A stretch of DNA of 64,000 bases from Mobula hypostoma (lineage: Eukaryota), in assembly GCF_963921235.1 (NCBI RefSeq), contig NC_086097.1:207454001-207518000 (forward strand), read 5' to 3'. The position numbers and the translations under genes are program-made. Below, piece by piece: positions 47,194 to 60,364 of this stretch; position 1 is the stretch's first letter, and each line of letters opens with the position of its first letter. The notes beneath the pieces are model-generated. The model had not been told where the DNA came from. It was given only the letters and a program-made list of their open reading frames with translations, and did no database searches.

Positions 47194-49404
47194 ACAGGGG
47201 GGGGCATAAGTTCTGTGGCCTGTGGAATGAAGCGATGATAGAAATTTATCATACCTAAAAATTCCTGCAGTTCTTTGCAGTGCAGGCGGTGGGAAATCCA
47301 TAATAGCAGCTTTTTTGATGGAAGGGGTTTCACGCCTTCTTTGGAGATGTGATTTCCGAGAAAGTCAATGGTTGACAACCCAACTGGCACTTAACAAGGT
47401 TAATAATCAACCTATCTTGGCTTAAACGCTCGAAAAGTGAGCAGAAATGAAAATCGTGTTCGGACTTAGATGCACTGCCGACAAGTAGGTTGTCCGAGTG
47501 AACAAAAAAAAAACTTTTAATACAGAGTCATCAGCCATTGGAAGGTCTGTGCTGCATTTTTCAGCCCAAACAGCATGTGCAGAAACTTAAAAAGTCCAAA
47601 TGGGACTATCACAGCTGTTTTGGGAATATCCTCCAAGCACACAGGCACCTGATGGTAGCCCCTAACTAGATCAACTTTGGAAAAAATTAACTTTCTAGCG
47701 AAACGTGCTGAAGAGCCTTTAATGTGTGGGACCAGGTAATGAATGGGGGTGATGGCCTCGTTAGGATGCGATAATTATCACATGGGCAGCAACCACCATC
47801 AGACTTAGGGACCATATGAAGGAGTGAAGTCCAGAGGCTATTTGACCAGCATACAGTTCTGAATCCTTCCATGTTGACAAATTCGGCCCTCACAATTGCA
47901 AGCTTTTCTGGGTCCAGTCTATGCCTGCAGGCATGGACTAGTGGGATAGTTGTGGAAATGTGATGCTCGACCCCATGTTTTGTGACTGTTGTAGAGAATA
48001 TAGGCTTGGAGAAGTCTGGGATTTTGCCCGGCAATTGAGTAAACTCACATGCAGTGCAGAATAGGGTTAGCAGAGTCGGTGTGGGGAACTTACTGAAGGA
48101 GCAATGTAACGACCAAGCTAGCAGTTCTTAAGATCGAATTACGGTCCTTGGGCACATAGGAAATCTGCACCGAGCAGAGGTCCAGCCACTTTAGCCAGAA
48201 TGAAGTCCCATGTGTAACGTCACCCACTGAAACAGACTGTCATCCGTCATGACCCATAAGTCTGGAACTTGCTGTTGTTGGTGGCCACCAGCAAGGTTTC
48301 ATCGCTCTTTACCTTCTCATCAATTGGCAATGCTGGCACCATACTCACTTGAGCACCCATGTCATACAGAAAGCGTTGCCCTGCAATGGTGTCAGTAATG
48401 AACAGTAGTAGGAACCCACGGTGTTCACAGATCTCTGATGGCACTGTCGAAGCCGCAAGGTGGTTGTCACTTCCTAGTGTTCCTACCAAAGCGAGCATGG
48501 TAAAAGCACAGGCCCAGTGTCATCTGTTTCACAGGCCTTACATTGAGTGCTTTGCTGGCCGGGATTATTGAGGTGGAGAAAGGAAGAGGTATGATGCATT
48601 GCTGCCTGGCTGAGTGTGGACCATCAGCCATTTTTGCACGCTCCCTATAGTCCATCACAGTTGCATTAGCGAGAGCTGTGCAAGCTTGCTGCATGAAGAG
48701 TTCTTTAAAAATAAAGCAAGGGTGGTGATTTCCCCGGAGAGACAGCACGTGGTCCATTAGCTCCGAAGCCCAACCATTACCGAGATGGGGTTAATGAAAG
48801 CAACTATCTGGTGTGCTCAGACTCTAACAGTCCAAACGTTTGTAAAAGATGAGTTTTCAGTGATAAGTATTTATCATGTTCAGGTGGGTGTTCAAGCAAA
48901 CTCACCACACTTGCAGCCGTGGAGTTGCTGACTGACACTACCACGTCGTAGAATTTGGTGTTGTCAGCAGAGATTTCTTGCAGACCAAACTGTGGCTCAA
49001 CTTGTACAAGCAAAGTTATGGCATTTTGTTTCCAAAACTCTGGCAGTTTCAAAGTGACTGCATTGGCCAACATGTTCAATAACGCTGGAAGCTTCCTAGA
49101 GCATTGGGGTCACCAATGTAAGTTTTCACAAATAAAACAAAGTGGGGCACTTTATGTTTAATGAAACCCATAACATATTTTATTGAGCCCCAAAACCTAC
49201 ACACAAAAGTGCACTAAAACTCTTTTGTACTAGCATCATCGTGTCAGACCAGCCTCTTCATGTGAAATCCCAACTCAAATTCTGTGGTTGTGAATTATGT
49301 ACATTTCTCCCAACTGCGTTACCCTACACATGCACTTCTTGCAGTCGTAGTCATCGGGGACAGTGAAGGTCTGTCTGTCTTCTGACATCCTGCAAGAGGA
49401 GATC

Positions 49405-49543
49405 CTTCATCCTGCGGAAGGACCTCAGCCTGAAACGTTGACTGTACTCGTTTCCATTGATGCTACCTGCCCTGCTAAATTCCTCCAGCATTTTGTGTGT
49501 GTTGCTTGGATTTCCAGCATCTGCAGATTTTCTCTTGTATGTG
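49405..49543 (+). mobile_element. Penelope terminal repeat with decayed hammerhead
   Basis: CCTGCGGAAGGACCTCAGCCTGAAACGTTGACTG...CCAGCATCTGCAGATTTTCTC. Confidence 0.8.
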
Positions 49544-49622
49544 ATTGGATATCTATAGGATCCACCTCTTCTTGCTGAAGCCTCTTGAGCAAAAGCTTCA
49601 AGCTCTCCACTCCAACACTGTT

Positions 49623-51605
49623 CATAAGACCATAAAACATAGGAGCAGAATTAGACCATTTGGCCCATCGAGTCTGCTCTGCCATTTAATCATGACAAAT
49701 CCTTTTCTCCCCCTCCTTAGCCCCACTCTCCAGCCTTCTCCCCATAACTTTTGATGCCGTGTCCTATCAAGAACATATCAATCTCTGCCTTAAATACACC
49801 TAACGACCTGGGTTCCGCAGCACATGTGGTAATAAATTCCACAAGTACACCACCCTCTGGCTAAAGAAATTTCTCTGCATCTCTGTTTTAAATGGACGCC
49901 CCTTTATCCCGAGGCTGTCCCCTCTTGGCCAAGACTCCTCCACTATGGGAAACATCCTTTCCACATCTACCCTGCCTAGGCCTTTAAACATTTGAAACAT
50001 TTCAATGAGATCCCCCCCTCATCCTTCTAAATTTCAGTGAGTATAGACCCAGAGCTATCAAACGTTCCTCATATGATAACCCTTTCGTTCCTGGAATCAT
50101 CCTTGTGAACCTGCTCTGAACTCTCTCCAATGCCAGCACATCTTTTCTTAGATGAGGAGACTAAAACTGTTCATAATGCTCAGGATGAGGCCTCACCAGT
50201 GCCTTTTCAAGCCTCAGCGTCACATCCCTCTTGTATTCTAGACCTCTTGAAATGGATGCTAACTTGGCATTTGCCTTCCTCACCACTGACTCTGCCTGCA
50301 AGTCAACCTTTAAGTTGTTCTGCACAAGGACTCCCAGTCCATTTGCATCTCAGAGTTTTGGAAATTCTCCCCATTTAGAATGACCATGCATTTTCCAGTA
50401 TGGTATTTCATTTGCCACTTTCTTGCCCATTCTCCTAATCTGTCTAAGTACTTCTGCAGCCTACTTTTTCCTCAACACTACCTGCCCCTCCACCAATTTT
50501 TGTATCATATGCAAACTTGGCAACAAAGCCATCTATTCCATTTCTAAATCATTGAAATACAGCATAAAAAGATGTGGTCTCAACACCGACCCTTGCAGAA
50601 CACCACTAGTCACTGGCATCAACCAGAAAAGGATCCTTTTATTCCCAATCACTGCCTCCTACCAATCAGCCAATGCCATAACCATGCCAGTAACTTTCCT
50701 GTAATTCCGTGGGCTCTTAACATGGGAAGCAGCTTCATGTGTGGCATCTTGTCAAAGGCCTTCTAAAAGTCCAAATATACAACATCCACTGCATCCCCTT
50801 TATCTATCCTATTGTAATCTCCTCAAAGACTTCCAACAAGTTTGTCAGGCAAGGTTTTCCCTTAAGGAAACCATGCTGACTTTGTCCTATCTTGTCCTGT
50901 GTCACCAAGTACACCATAACACCTTAACGACTGACTCTAACATCTTCCTAACCACTGAGGTCTGGCTAATTGGTTTATAATTTCCTTTCTGCTGCCTTCC
51001 TCCTTTCTTAAAGAGTGGAGGGACATTTGCAATTTTCCAGTCCTCTGGCACCATGCCAGAGTCCAATGATTTTTGAAAGGTCATTGCTAATGCTTCCACA
51101 ATCTCTACTGCTACCTCTTTCAGAATGCTAGGGTGCAGTTCATCTGGCCTGGTCACTTATGTACCCTTGGATCTTTCAGCTTTTTGAGCATCTTCTCCCT
51201 TGCAATAGTAACTGCACTCATTTGTCTTCCCTCACACCCTTCAACATCTGGCACACTGCTGGTGTCTTCTGCAGTGAAGACTAATGCAAAATACTCATTT
51301 AGTTCATCTGCCATCTCCTTGGTCCCCATTATTATTTCTCCGGCCTCATTTTCTAGTAATTGGTCCTAAATCCACTCTCACCTCTCTTTTATTTTTTAAA
51401 TACTTGAAAAAGCTTTTACTATTTCACTTTGATATTGTTTGCTAGCTTGCTTTCATTTTCATTTTTTCCCTCCTAGTGACTCTTTTAGTTGCTCTATGTA
51501 GGTTTTTAAAAGCTTCCCAATCTTCTGTCTTCCCATTAATTTTTGTTTTGTTGTATGCCCTCTGTTTTGCTTTTACATTAGCTTTAATTTCCCCGTCAGC
51601 CACTG
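49623..51605 (-). mobile_element. CR1 ORF2 3' half
   Basis: PDELHPSILKEVAVEIVEAL...PEDWKIANVPPLFKKG; CR1 tail at left. Confidence 0.9.
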
Positions 51606-51881
51606 TCCACTCCAATAATGGCCACTCACATAACAGCCACTCCACTTATTGACTTAATAACAATAGCAAGTAAAATATTCAAACATATTATTTAAAAAGT
51701 GGAAACAGTGCATTTTGATAATAACAATAGAGCTGGGTAGATTCAGCTTGAATTATGAGAGGGAAAGCATGTTAAAAATCTGTTTTTTTTCTTAGTTTGC
51801 AGCCTGCAGAAAAAAGGGAGCCTACAATTGTGATCCATCTGGATTTTCAGAAAGTATTTTATGAGGTGCCACTCAAGATAC

Positions 51882-52342
51882 TATGAACATTGATTTCTTG
51901 AACTTCCAACAATTACCCCCCCCACCCCTCGTCACCATTCCCCATTCCCGTTTCCCTTTCACACCTTATTTCCTTACCTGTCCATCACCTCCCTCTGATG
52001 CTCCTCCCCTTCCCTTTCATCCATGGTTTCCTGCCCTCCCCTATCAGATTCCCCTTTCTCCAGCCCTTTATCTGTTTCGCCAATCATTTTCCAGCTCTTA
52101 ACTTCATTCCTCCCTCTCCCCAGTTTCACTTATCACCTACTACCTCATACTTCCTCCTCCTTTCCTCCCACCCTCTTACTCTGACCTTTCATCATTTATT
52201 TTCTGTCCTGATGAAGGGTCTCATCCTGAAACCTTGACGATTTACTCTTTTCCATAGATGCTGCCTGGTCTACTGACTTCCTCCACCATTTTGTGTGTTT
52301 TGCTTGAATTTCCAGCATCTGCAGATTTTCTCATGTTTGTGA
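51882..52342 (+). mobile_element. Penelope 3' end with hammerhead-like motif (~52204-52240)
   Basis: MNIDF GIY-YIG terminus, pyrimidine-rich UTR, CTGATGAAGGGTCTCATCCTGAAACCTTGAC. Confidence 0.85.
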
Positions 52343-52391
52343 TTCTACTATTTTATGTGATTGATTTTTCCAATCCCTCCCTTGTCACCAC

Positions 52392-52629
52392 TGTTATGTT
52401 TTGTAACTGCAAAACATAAAACTAATTGAAAGGAAAACAAGGGGAGACGTGGTGAATGGGTATGTTGCATTTCTTTACTTATGTGAGGGAAGCACATATG
52501 ACATGGTGGTGTGATGATGTGTGCTAATTACGTACTTTACATATAACCCATAATGAATTATTAAGATAAACAAGAAATCTTAATCAAACAATGTATTTAC
52601 AATATTACTGAAATGGTAAATGTATAACA
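52392..52629 (-). mobile_element. Solo LTR of the 13712 Gypsy family
   Basis: TG...CA; shares TTTTGTAACT.CAAAAC, AACCCATAATGAAT and AAACAATGTATTTACAAT with 13712-13934; no TSD seen. Confidence 0.75.
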
Positions 52630-53109
52630 AATTGTACGTTGATTTCCTTTACAAGAGGATTTGGGTGTAATTATATTGGGCTCTGGTGAGGCTGCACCAG
52701 GAATTTTGTGTGTACTTCCGGTTTCCTTACCTAGGAGAGAATGCACTTGTGACAGAGAAAATGAAGATTTAGCAGACTGATTCACATAAAGTAGAATTAA
52801 GCAGACTGCATTTATAGAGTGCTTGGAGGTGATCACTTTGAAGCATGAAAAAAATCCTGACAAGGCTCGATAGAGTGGGTTCTGGAATGCCACTCTTTAA
52901 GAAACTGTTCTTTGCTCTCTAGCTGAGTTTCTGCCTGTCTTTCTGAACTCACAGCTTAATGCCCTGAATAATTTAATTTTTCATTGCTTATGTTCTACAT
53001 TTCCCCATTTTTAGCTTTTCTTCATTTTTTTCTTTTCCTCACCCTCATTAATCCATTGAACTCTACAGTGTATCTCTGCGTAGACCATGATCTCACCATA
53101 TCAGAGGAA

Positions 53110-53305
53110 TTCCTTTTGCTCTAGTCTCTCCACCCCCCAACTTTCAAGGGAACCTAAAAATAAGTTGCTTTGTCTCTTTCCTAGTTCTGACAAAGTGTCT
53201 TCAATCTGAAACATTCACTCAGTTTTTCTATTCGCAGTTGGTGCCTGACATACTGAGTGTTTTCAGCATGTTTTACTTTTATCTCAAATTTCTAGCATCT
53301 GTAGT
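53110..53305 (+). mobile_element. Old Penelope-like terminal repeat
   Basis: GTTCTGACAAAGTGTCTTCAATCTGAAACATT...GCCTGAC...AGCATCTGTAGTT. Confidence 0.6.
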
Positions 53306-54589
53306 TCCTTTTATTCACATTATCTTATAAACTTGCTTCAAATGTAATATTATTACATATCTGCTTTACAGAATTCAAGTATAGCTGAAGAAGCAATGCT
53401 TAGTTTTCTTTTACTTTCAGTGGGAGTCATAAGTCATAGAGTTGTAGAGCACAGAAGCAGACCCTTTTGTCATCACATCCAGGCTGGTCTTTAACCTTGT
53501 CAACATTGGTCCCATTTTCTTGCATTAGTTCTGTATCCTTCTGTGCCTTGCCAATTTAAGTGCCTATCTAAAATTTCTCACAATTAATGAGACTTCTGTA
53601 TTCAGAGCTGGAATAGGATTGTGCGGCCCCCAAAAGTTCAGGCATTCATTGATGACACATATGTCCTTACAGGCACCTCACTAGTAACTTGCTGCTATTT
53701 TAGTCCCACCTTTTTTGTCAAATGTCTTTCTTCACAAATTTCTGAAAATGACATTCTCCTTTCTTTCCAGACTATTTTCTGGTATTGCTAACCACCAAAT
53801 TCTGAAAGGAAAATTCTGAAAGCACTTGAAAGAGGTTGGTGGTGGGGGAGGAGGAGAGGGGGGTTAATGATTTGAATCCCAATTTGGGTTAGTTAGTTTA
53901 CCTAAGGATTTTCTTCACAGAGAATTTTTCTGGTCTCTACCTATCTCTGTAGGAGAGATATAACTGACCCTTTAACTAACATGCAGTTCGAGCCTGCAAC
54001 TTTATAGAATGTCATCTTTTACTGAGAAAACACCACAAGTTATGGATTCAGACTAATGGTGTGAAAATATCATCACAAATAAATTTCAAGAGTTACACAA
54101 GTGCAGACGTAATTTAGGAAAGCTAGACAAAAGAAAAAATTATCAATTATAGGAACATAGAAAATAAAACAGTACAGCACCGAACAGGCCCTTCAGAGCA
54201 GAATGTTGTGCCAAACCAATTAAATTATTAATCAAATGAACAACCAAACTAATCTCTTCTGCCTACACAATGTACATGTCATTCACACACCACCAGAACC
54301 TCATCTTATGAAGGTTTAGTATAATTCACTAAAAACCATGTGCAAAATCTATTAACTTTGTGTTATCATGATTTTCATTTGTGCAACACCTACTTTTTGG
54401 AGGGCAATTGGCAACAAGTTATCTCGACCTCAAAGCTGATAGTCCTGCTGTTAATAATACAGTAGAGGGCAGCAGAGATGTATCACAGCCACACTGCAGT
54501 GTAACATGTAAATTTGCGTTGTGATTTGCTCATCTTTTCTACATGTTACATAAATTCTCCACAAATTTCTAGAAGTATTAACTGCATGC

Positions 54590-54815
54590 TAAGAAAGGGG
54601 GAAAGCGGTTTAAGATTGAGTTGAGGACGTACTTCTTCACATAGAGAGCGGTAAATCTTGGGAATGACCCCGAGGATTACTGAGACAAAATCACTAAGTT
54701 TAATCAAAACAGAGATATTATCGGAGTCAGAGGATATGGGGATAGTTCAGTGAGATAGATGGTTCAGTGAGATAAATGATTGAACAGGCCTACTCCTGCT
54801 TTTCTTCCTTATATT
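54590..54815 (+). mobile_element. Old CR1 3' end (other short CR1-type tails at ~36815-36925, ~53430-53580, ~54150-54260)
   Basis: TTCTTCACATAGAGAGCGGTAAATCTTGGGAAT...GGATATGGGG...GGCCTACTCCTGCT. Confidence 0.6.
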
Positions 54816-56227
54816 CTTAAAATTATGAAAAATGCTTTTGTATCTAGCAGCACAGGAACAGAGATATTTTATCATTTGTTTCCCTGAAGCATTGCTTACA
54901 AAAAGGGAAGATTCCTTGAAGTGCATTAAGTTACAAATATCAAAAGGATTACTTGGTGGTTTTCTGTCAATTTAGTACTATTTCTTATGATGTTAAATCA
55001 CTTTGTCAGCATTACAGAACACTCTATTGCAACAAAGCTAAAACACTGTGAATGCTGGAAATCTGATATAAAAGTAAAGTATTCCAGTAAACTTTTGCAG
55101 ACTGGCCTATATCTATGAGTGGAGTGCCAGTTATTATTTCTGACTGATCATTGAACTGTACCTCTGCCTAAGGATGCTGTTTGTGTTCCTGAGTACAACT
55201 ATAGAGAGTGTTGGAGGCAGTTCCTTGCAAAGTTTACATGCCAGTCTTAAAAAGTGAGCGGTGTCTGTTGACTTGTCTGCGGAGCAGGAGGTTGCTTAAT
55301 TTATTAGTAATTTCAGGATGTATATTGTATACATTTCTGTAACACTTGTGTAGCACCAACCAGTCTTATCACGTGTGACTAGTTATTGCACTCTTTTGAG
55401 AAAATCAAATTACACTAGGTGCTAATAGGCCATCAGAAGATTCTGGGTATTGGAAGGAGGCAGTGAATAGAAACCACACACTTCTGGAAATAATGTTTTG
55501 TTTATAAGAAAAAAACAATATGTACAAAATATTTCCATGAGCAAGAACAATTCCAAATTCCAACATTCTGTTTTGGTTCCAAATCTTAGATATCAAACCA
55601 CAACAAATTCCTTTTTAATTAGAATCAATGAAATTCTTTATTACTCTAATCTAACTAACTAATTAGATCTAGTGTTATTCCCTAGTTAAAAGTTTACAGA
55701 CTAAACTTTCCTTTTTACTTATCCCTAGTTAGTTAGAAAACCAAATATAATTCTTATTCTCAAGTATTATAGTTCAGTTTCAGTTTCAGGCAGTATATCT
55801 ACAAGTTTAAATTCAGATTCAAAAATTACATATACAGTTTAACTCCTTTCACGACAATTCTCCAACATCACAACTTTTAAACAAAATAAATCTCATTCAG
55901 TAACTTATCAAAGTCTTTGCAAAAATAATCAGTTCTTGCAGAAAATCAAATTCAGATTCTTCGAAAGAAAATAAACTTATACATCCAACCGTATTAAATC
56001 CTCTGCGTCATTACACATTTTGTTCCCGCGCCGGTTCTTCATATTGGGTGGCTCGCCATCTTGTTTCTTGGTTCATTGGAATGAAATAGTTTATCATCCA
56101 CAGAAAGTCAGTTCACAAACTTGTACAAAAACTTGACCAAATCCCTTGGTATGATTTTACAGAACTAATTCCTAACTACAGGGTAGGGATTTTGGATTCT
56201 GGTCTCTACTGATATTGTCTCATTAAA

Positions 56228-58520
56228 GCTACTGCATGTTATAGCTGTATCCCTGCTTTGTGCAGCTGGATCCTGAACTTACTGTTAGATCACCAGCAGG
56301 TGGTAAGAGTGGGCTCCCTCACCTCCATCCCTCTGACTCTCAAAACAGAAGCCCCTCTGGGCTGTGTACTAAGTCCCCTCCTTTACTCCCTGTATACCCA
56401 TGACTGTGTTGTCACCCACAGCTCTAATCTGCTAACTAAAATTTGCCAACGACACTACATTGATTGGCCTAATCTCAAACAATAATGAGGTGACCTACAG
56501 GGAAGAAGTCATCCCTCTGACACAGTGGTGTCAGGAAAACAACGTCTCCCTCTATGTTGCAAAAACAAAGGAGCTGGTAGTGGATTACAGGAGGAATGGA
56601 GACAGGCTAACACCTACTGACATCAATGGATCTGGGGTTGAGAGGGTAAATAGCTTTCAGTTCCTCGGCATCCACATCACCGAGGACCTCACATGACACA
56701 CCAGCTGTGTGGTGAAAAGGGCACTGGAGCACCTCTTTCACCTCAGACAGTTGAGGAAATTTGGTATGGGCCCCCAAATCCTAAAAACTTTCTACAGGGG
56801 CACAACTGAGAGCATCCTGACTGGCTGCATCACTGGTAGGTATGGGAACTATATTTCCCTTCATCGCAGGATTTTGCAGAGAGTGGTGCTGTCATGGTCC
56901 GGATCGGGGTCCCTATAATTTACTTTGTTTATGTTACAATCTGGACCATTGATTCCTTGTTTTCCCGTGTCCATCGGCTTTGGTGATTAGAGGCAATTAA
57001 TGCTTGGCTGAACCGGTAGTTTATAGTATCCGGCTTTCAGCCGTGCGGTGCGGGAGCGTCTGCAAAGTCATCAAAGGTACGGTGTGCCGATGTCATCTGG
57101 CCAGAGCAAGCCTAGTCTCTGCCGAACTGAGTGCCGGTAATTCGCCCTTCATCACCGGAGCAACCCTGTCCAGTTACCTTGCCGAAGTGAGCCTGCAAAG
57201 TTTCCTCACCGAGGTGGGTCCGTCAGTTAACCCACTGGAGGGAATCAAGAGCTGCTGTCTACTGTTCCCAGGTCGAGTCGAGAGCTCGCCACTACCCGGA
57301 GGCTCCAAGTCAAGTCCTGGTTCCGGGGGCATTCAAGTACCACGTCCAAGTCCTGGCCCTGGCGGCATCTGAGTACCAAGTCAAGTCCTGGCCCTGGCTG
57401 TCTGTGATTCCTGTCCTACCCCCCTGTCTGAATCCCTTCTCTGCCCCTCTCGCCTCTAGCCCTCGTCTGTAGCCCTCGCCTGCACCTCGGTCTAGTTCTA
57501 TCGCTGGAGCGAGATAGGAACTGTGTTGTTCTTTGGTGCTTGTCTTGTCTTATCCTCGCCTCCGTGGGGTAAGTCAGGCCGTCTTGCCATTGCTCCGCGG
57601 GGGGTCATGTCTTGTCTTGTATTGTCCTCACCTCTGTGAGGTAAGTCAGGCCGTCTTGCCGTTGCCCCGCGGGGGTCATGAGCCCCGGCCCTATGTCCTG
57701 TACCCAAGGAGGGGTCCCGGCTCTCTGTTCTGTGTATGTGTCCATGGTTACATGTACCTGCTCTCCCCAGACTGAGGCTCTGTGGTCCCATGCTCCTCCT
57801 CTCCCTAGCCCATGTCATGTCCTTGCCTGGTTCTGGGGTCCGAGCCAGAGGCAAGACCCAGGTACTGGGTCCTTGCCCAGTCTCTGGCTCGGAGTCCATA
57901 CCCTAGCGTCTTCATGTCTCCTCTAGTTCTGGGAGCCGATTCAGAGTCCTAGCCCAGACCCTTGGTCCCAGCCTAGTCGTAGTCCTGAGTCCTTGTCCAG
58001 TTCGCTACTCTTGCTCCTGCCTTGCTCTCCTGGTATCGAACAATAAACTAAATCTAAGTAACCTCACAAGATGTGTCTTGCATTTGGGTCCACCCTTGCT
58101 CCCAATGCCCCCGCCACTGTGACAGGTGCAGACAGCCCAGCGCATTTGTATTTGTGAACTTCACGCAATTCAGGACATTTACAAAGACAGGTGTGAAAAA
58201 CGGACCCAAAGGATCATTTGGGACCCAAGTCATCCCAGCCACAATCTATTCCAGCTGTTACCACCTGGGAAACGGTACCGCAGCATAAAAGCCAGGATCA
58301 ACAGGCTCTGGGACAGCTTCTTCCACGAGGCCATTAGACTGATTAACTCACGCTGATTTGACTGTATTTCTATGTTACGTTGACTGTTCTATTTATTATA
58401 AATTATTGTAAATTACTATGATTGTACATTGCACACTTAGACAGAGACATAACGTAAAGATTTTTACTCCTTATGTATGTGAAGGATGTAAGAAGTAAAG
58501 TCAATTCAATTCAATTCAAT
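56228..58520 (+). mobile_element. Rex1/Babar-type 3' fragment split by a solo LTR
   Basis: APLGCVLSPLLYSLYTHDC, VAKTKELVVDYRR; (CAATT)n tail; same family as 27544-28450. Confidence 0.88.
56890..58124 (+). mobile_element. Solo LTR (1235 bp) with internal duplications
   Basis: TGTCA...TGACA termini, 5-bp TSD GGTGC, AATAAA near 58042. Confidence 0.88.
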
Positions 58521-58534
58521 CAATTAAATCTTTG

Positions 58535-60068
58535 GGTTTATACTTTATACTTTATTGTCGCCAAACAATTGATACTAGAATGTACAATCATCACAGCGAT
58601 ATTTGATTCTGCGCTTCCCGCTCACTGGATTACAAATCGATAGTAAATATTAAAAATATTTAAATAATAAATATTTAAATAATCCTTGGCGGCTGTGTAG
58701 CAGTGGTCAAGTATATTCGGGCCTCTAGTGGGGCAGGAGACATGTTGGTATAACTTTGGCAGCGCCTGTCTGAGGTTGGCCTGCTTAAAATTCCTGGCTG
58801 TAATGAGCAAAGCCTCCGGATACCTGGTCTCAAGTTCACTGATGTTGGCATACAGTATGTTCAGAGCACACTCCATATCCGCCTGGGGGGGAATGTAGAC
58901 CACTGTCAGTATGACCGAGGTGAATTCCCGTGACAGAGAGTAGGGACGACTCTTCATCGACAGGTGTTCCAGGTCCGGGCTGCAGGAGCTTGTCAGTGCC
59001 ACTATGTTCGAGCACCACCCAGTGTTGATCAGTAGGCAGACACTACCTCCCCTCGTCTTGCCCGAAGATGCTGTGCAGTCCATCCGATGGATTGAAAATC
59101 CTTCTGGTCGGATGGCACAGTCGGGGGTGGCAGGGGAGAGCCAGGTCTTGGTGAAACAGAATACACAGCAGTTCTGCGTCTCCCTGCAGTAGGTGAGTCT
59201 CCCTTTAAGATCATCCACCTTGTTCTCTATGGCTTGCACATTAGCTAGTAGGATGGTGGGCATAGGGACCCTGAAGCCCCTCAGCTTCAATCTGACCAGC
59301 AGCCCAGCTGTTTTCCCACACTTCCTCGGTAAATAGTACATCTTTCCAAGTTGCCATCGATGCAGTGTGTTGTTGTCAGCTCTTTGAGGTTGGTGGACGC
59401 GTCCCGTGGGGATCGATCAGTGGGTCGCGTCGTCGGATGCTCCAGGTCGGGCCAAGTGACGGGGGAGGCTCCGTTGCCACTTCCAGCTGCCGTGGGCCTG
59501 GCCGTTGATTGGGTCGGGCCCTGAAGCCAACACTTAATCCCGGATGGCCGGGGTCCTGGTTGAAACAAGTCCGTAAGCCGAGTCACAGTTGTGGAGGCTT
59601 CCGCTCCAGCCGAGCCTCGGGCTCAATTTCCAAGGTCGGTGGCGGAGGCCTCACTTCTGGCAGCTGTGGATGGCCACCAATGGGGCTTTACAGGGGTTGC
59701 TCCGGGGAAGCACCTGGGGCACCTTGAGGTCTCTGCCGTCACTTCTGTTTGGTCATCTGCTCCGGAGAGGTGCTGGTCGGAATGGGCCGTGTCTCCAAGC
59801 TCTCTGGTATGGTAGCAGGCCGTGGGTCTCCGGAACGTGGTGGGCCCCGGACCGGGCCTCGCTGGTTGGGTCCAGGTGCGGTCTGGAGTTTAAGAAGCAA
59901 TTCTGCTGCGGTGGTCTCCAGCTGGGTCAGTAGCTTCGCCAGGGTGTTGTTGATCTTGCTAGATGTAGCAGATTGGAGGTTTAGAAGGGTTTCTCGGGTA
60001 TAGGATAGTGTAGAGGGCAGTTTGCTCGGGACAGCACACGCAGAGTCGCCCGTTACCGGCGCCATCTT
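58535..60068 (-). mobile_element. Rex1-type LINE derivative keeping the 5' end, endonuclease and 3' tail, with RT deleted
   Basis: 5' AAGATGGC start; ORF 58622-59341 PTILLANVQAIENK...YIPPQAD...TRGPNILDHCY runs directly into the 3' tail (TTTATAC)n. Confidence 0.82.
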
Positions 60069-60364
60069 AACTAGCATTAATTAACCTGGATTCTATTTCT
60101 CTGACACTAAATGTACCTATTGAACTTAGCAAGGGCCAATAAAAAGAAGTTAGGTTTAAGCAGTGTGGGAATCGTTGAAGTCAGCAAATGATTGAGTGGT
60201 CATGCTTTGACAACAACATGAAGAGCTTTAGGGTCCTGAATCTTTTAGAGTCATTTATTTGATTGCAGAACTTAACTTTGAAATGCTAGAGGCAAAGATA
60301 TAACTAGCATAGGCAGGACTCCTCCTGTAAGATATGGGATTGTAGGGTACCTAACAGTCTCCAC

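Larger units (their letters stand above)
44335..49328 (-). mobile_element. Decayed Gypsy LTR retrotransposon with both LTRs
   Basis: Related LTRs ~44335-44489 and 49117-49328; PBS TGGTGACCCC (tRNA-Trp-like); gag VTLKLPEFWKQN, protease FLYDMGAQVS, RT LHMVPKSDGGC, LQEFLGMINFYHRFIP, integrase FDHVNMDLLG; probable CATG TSD. Confidence 0.9.
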
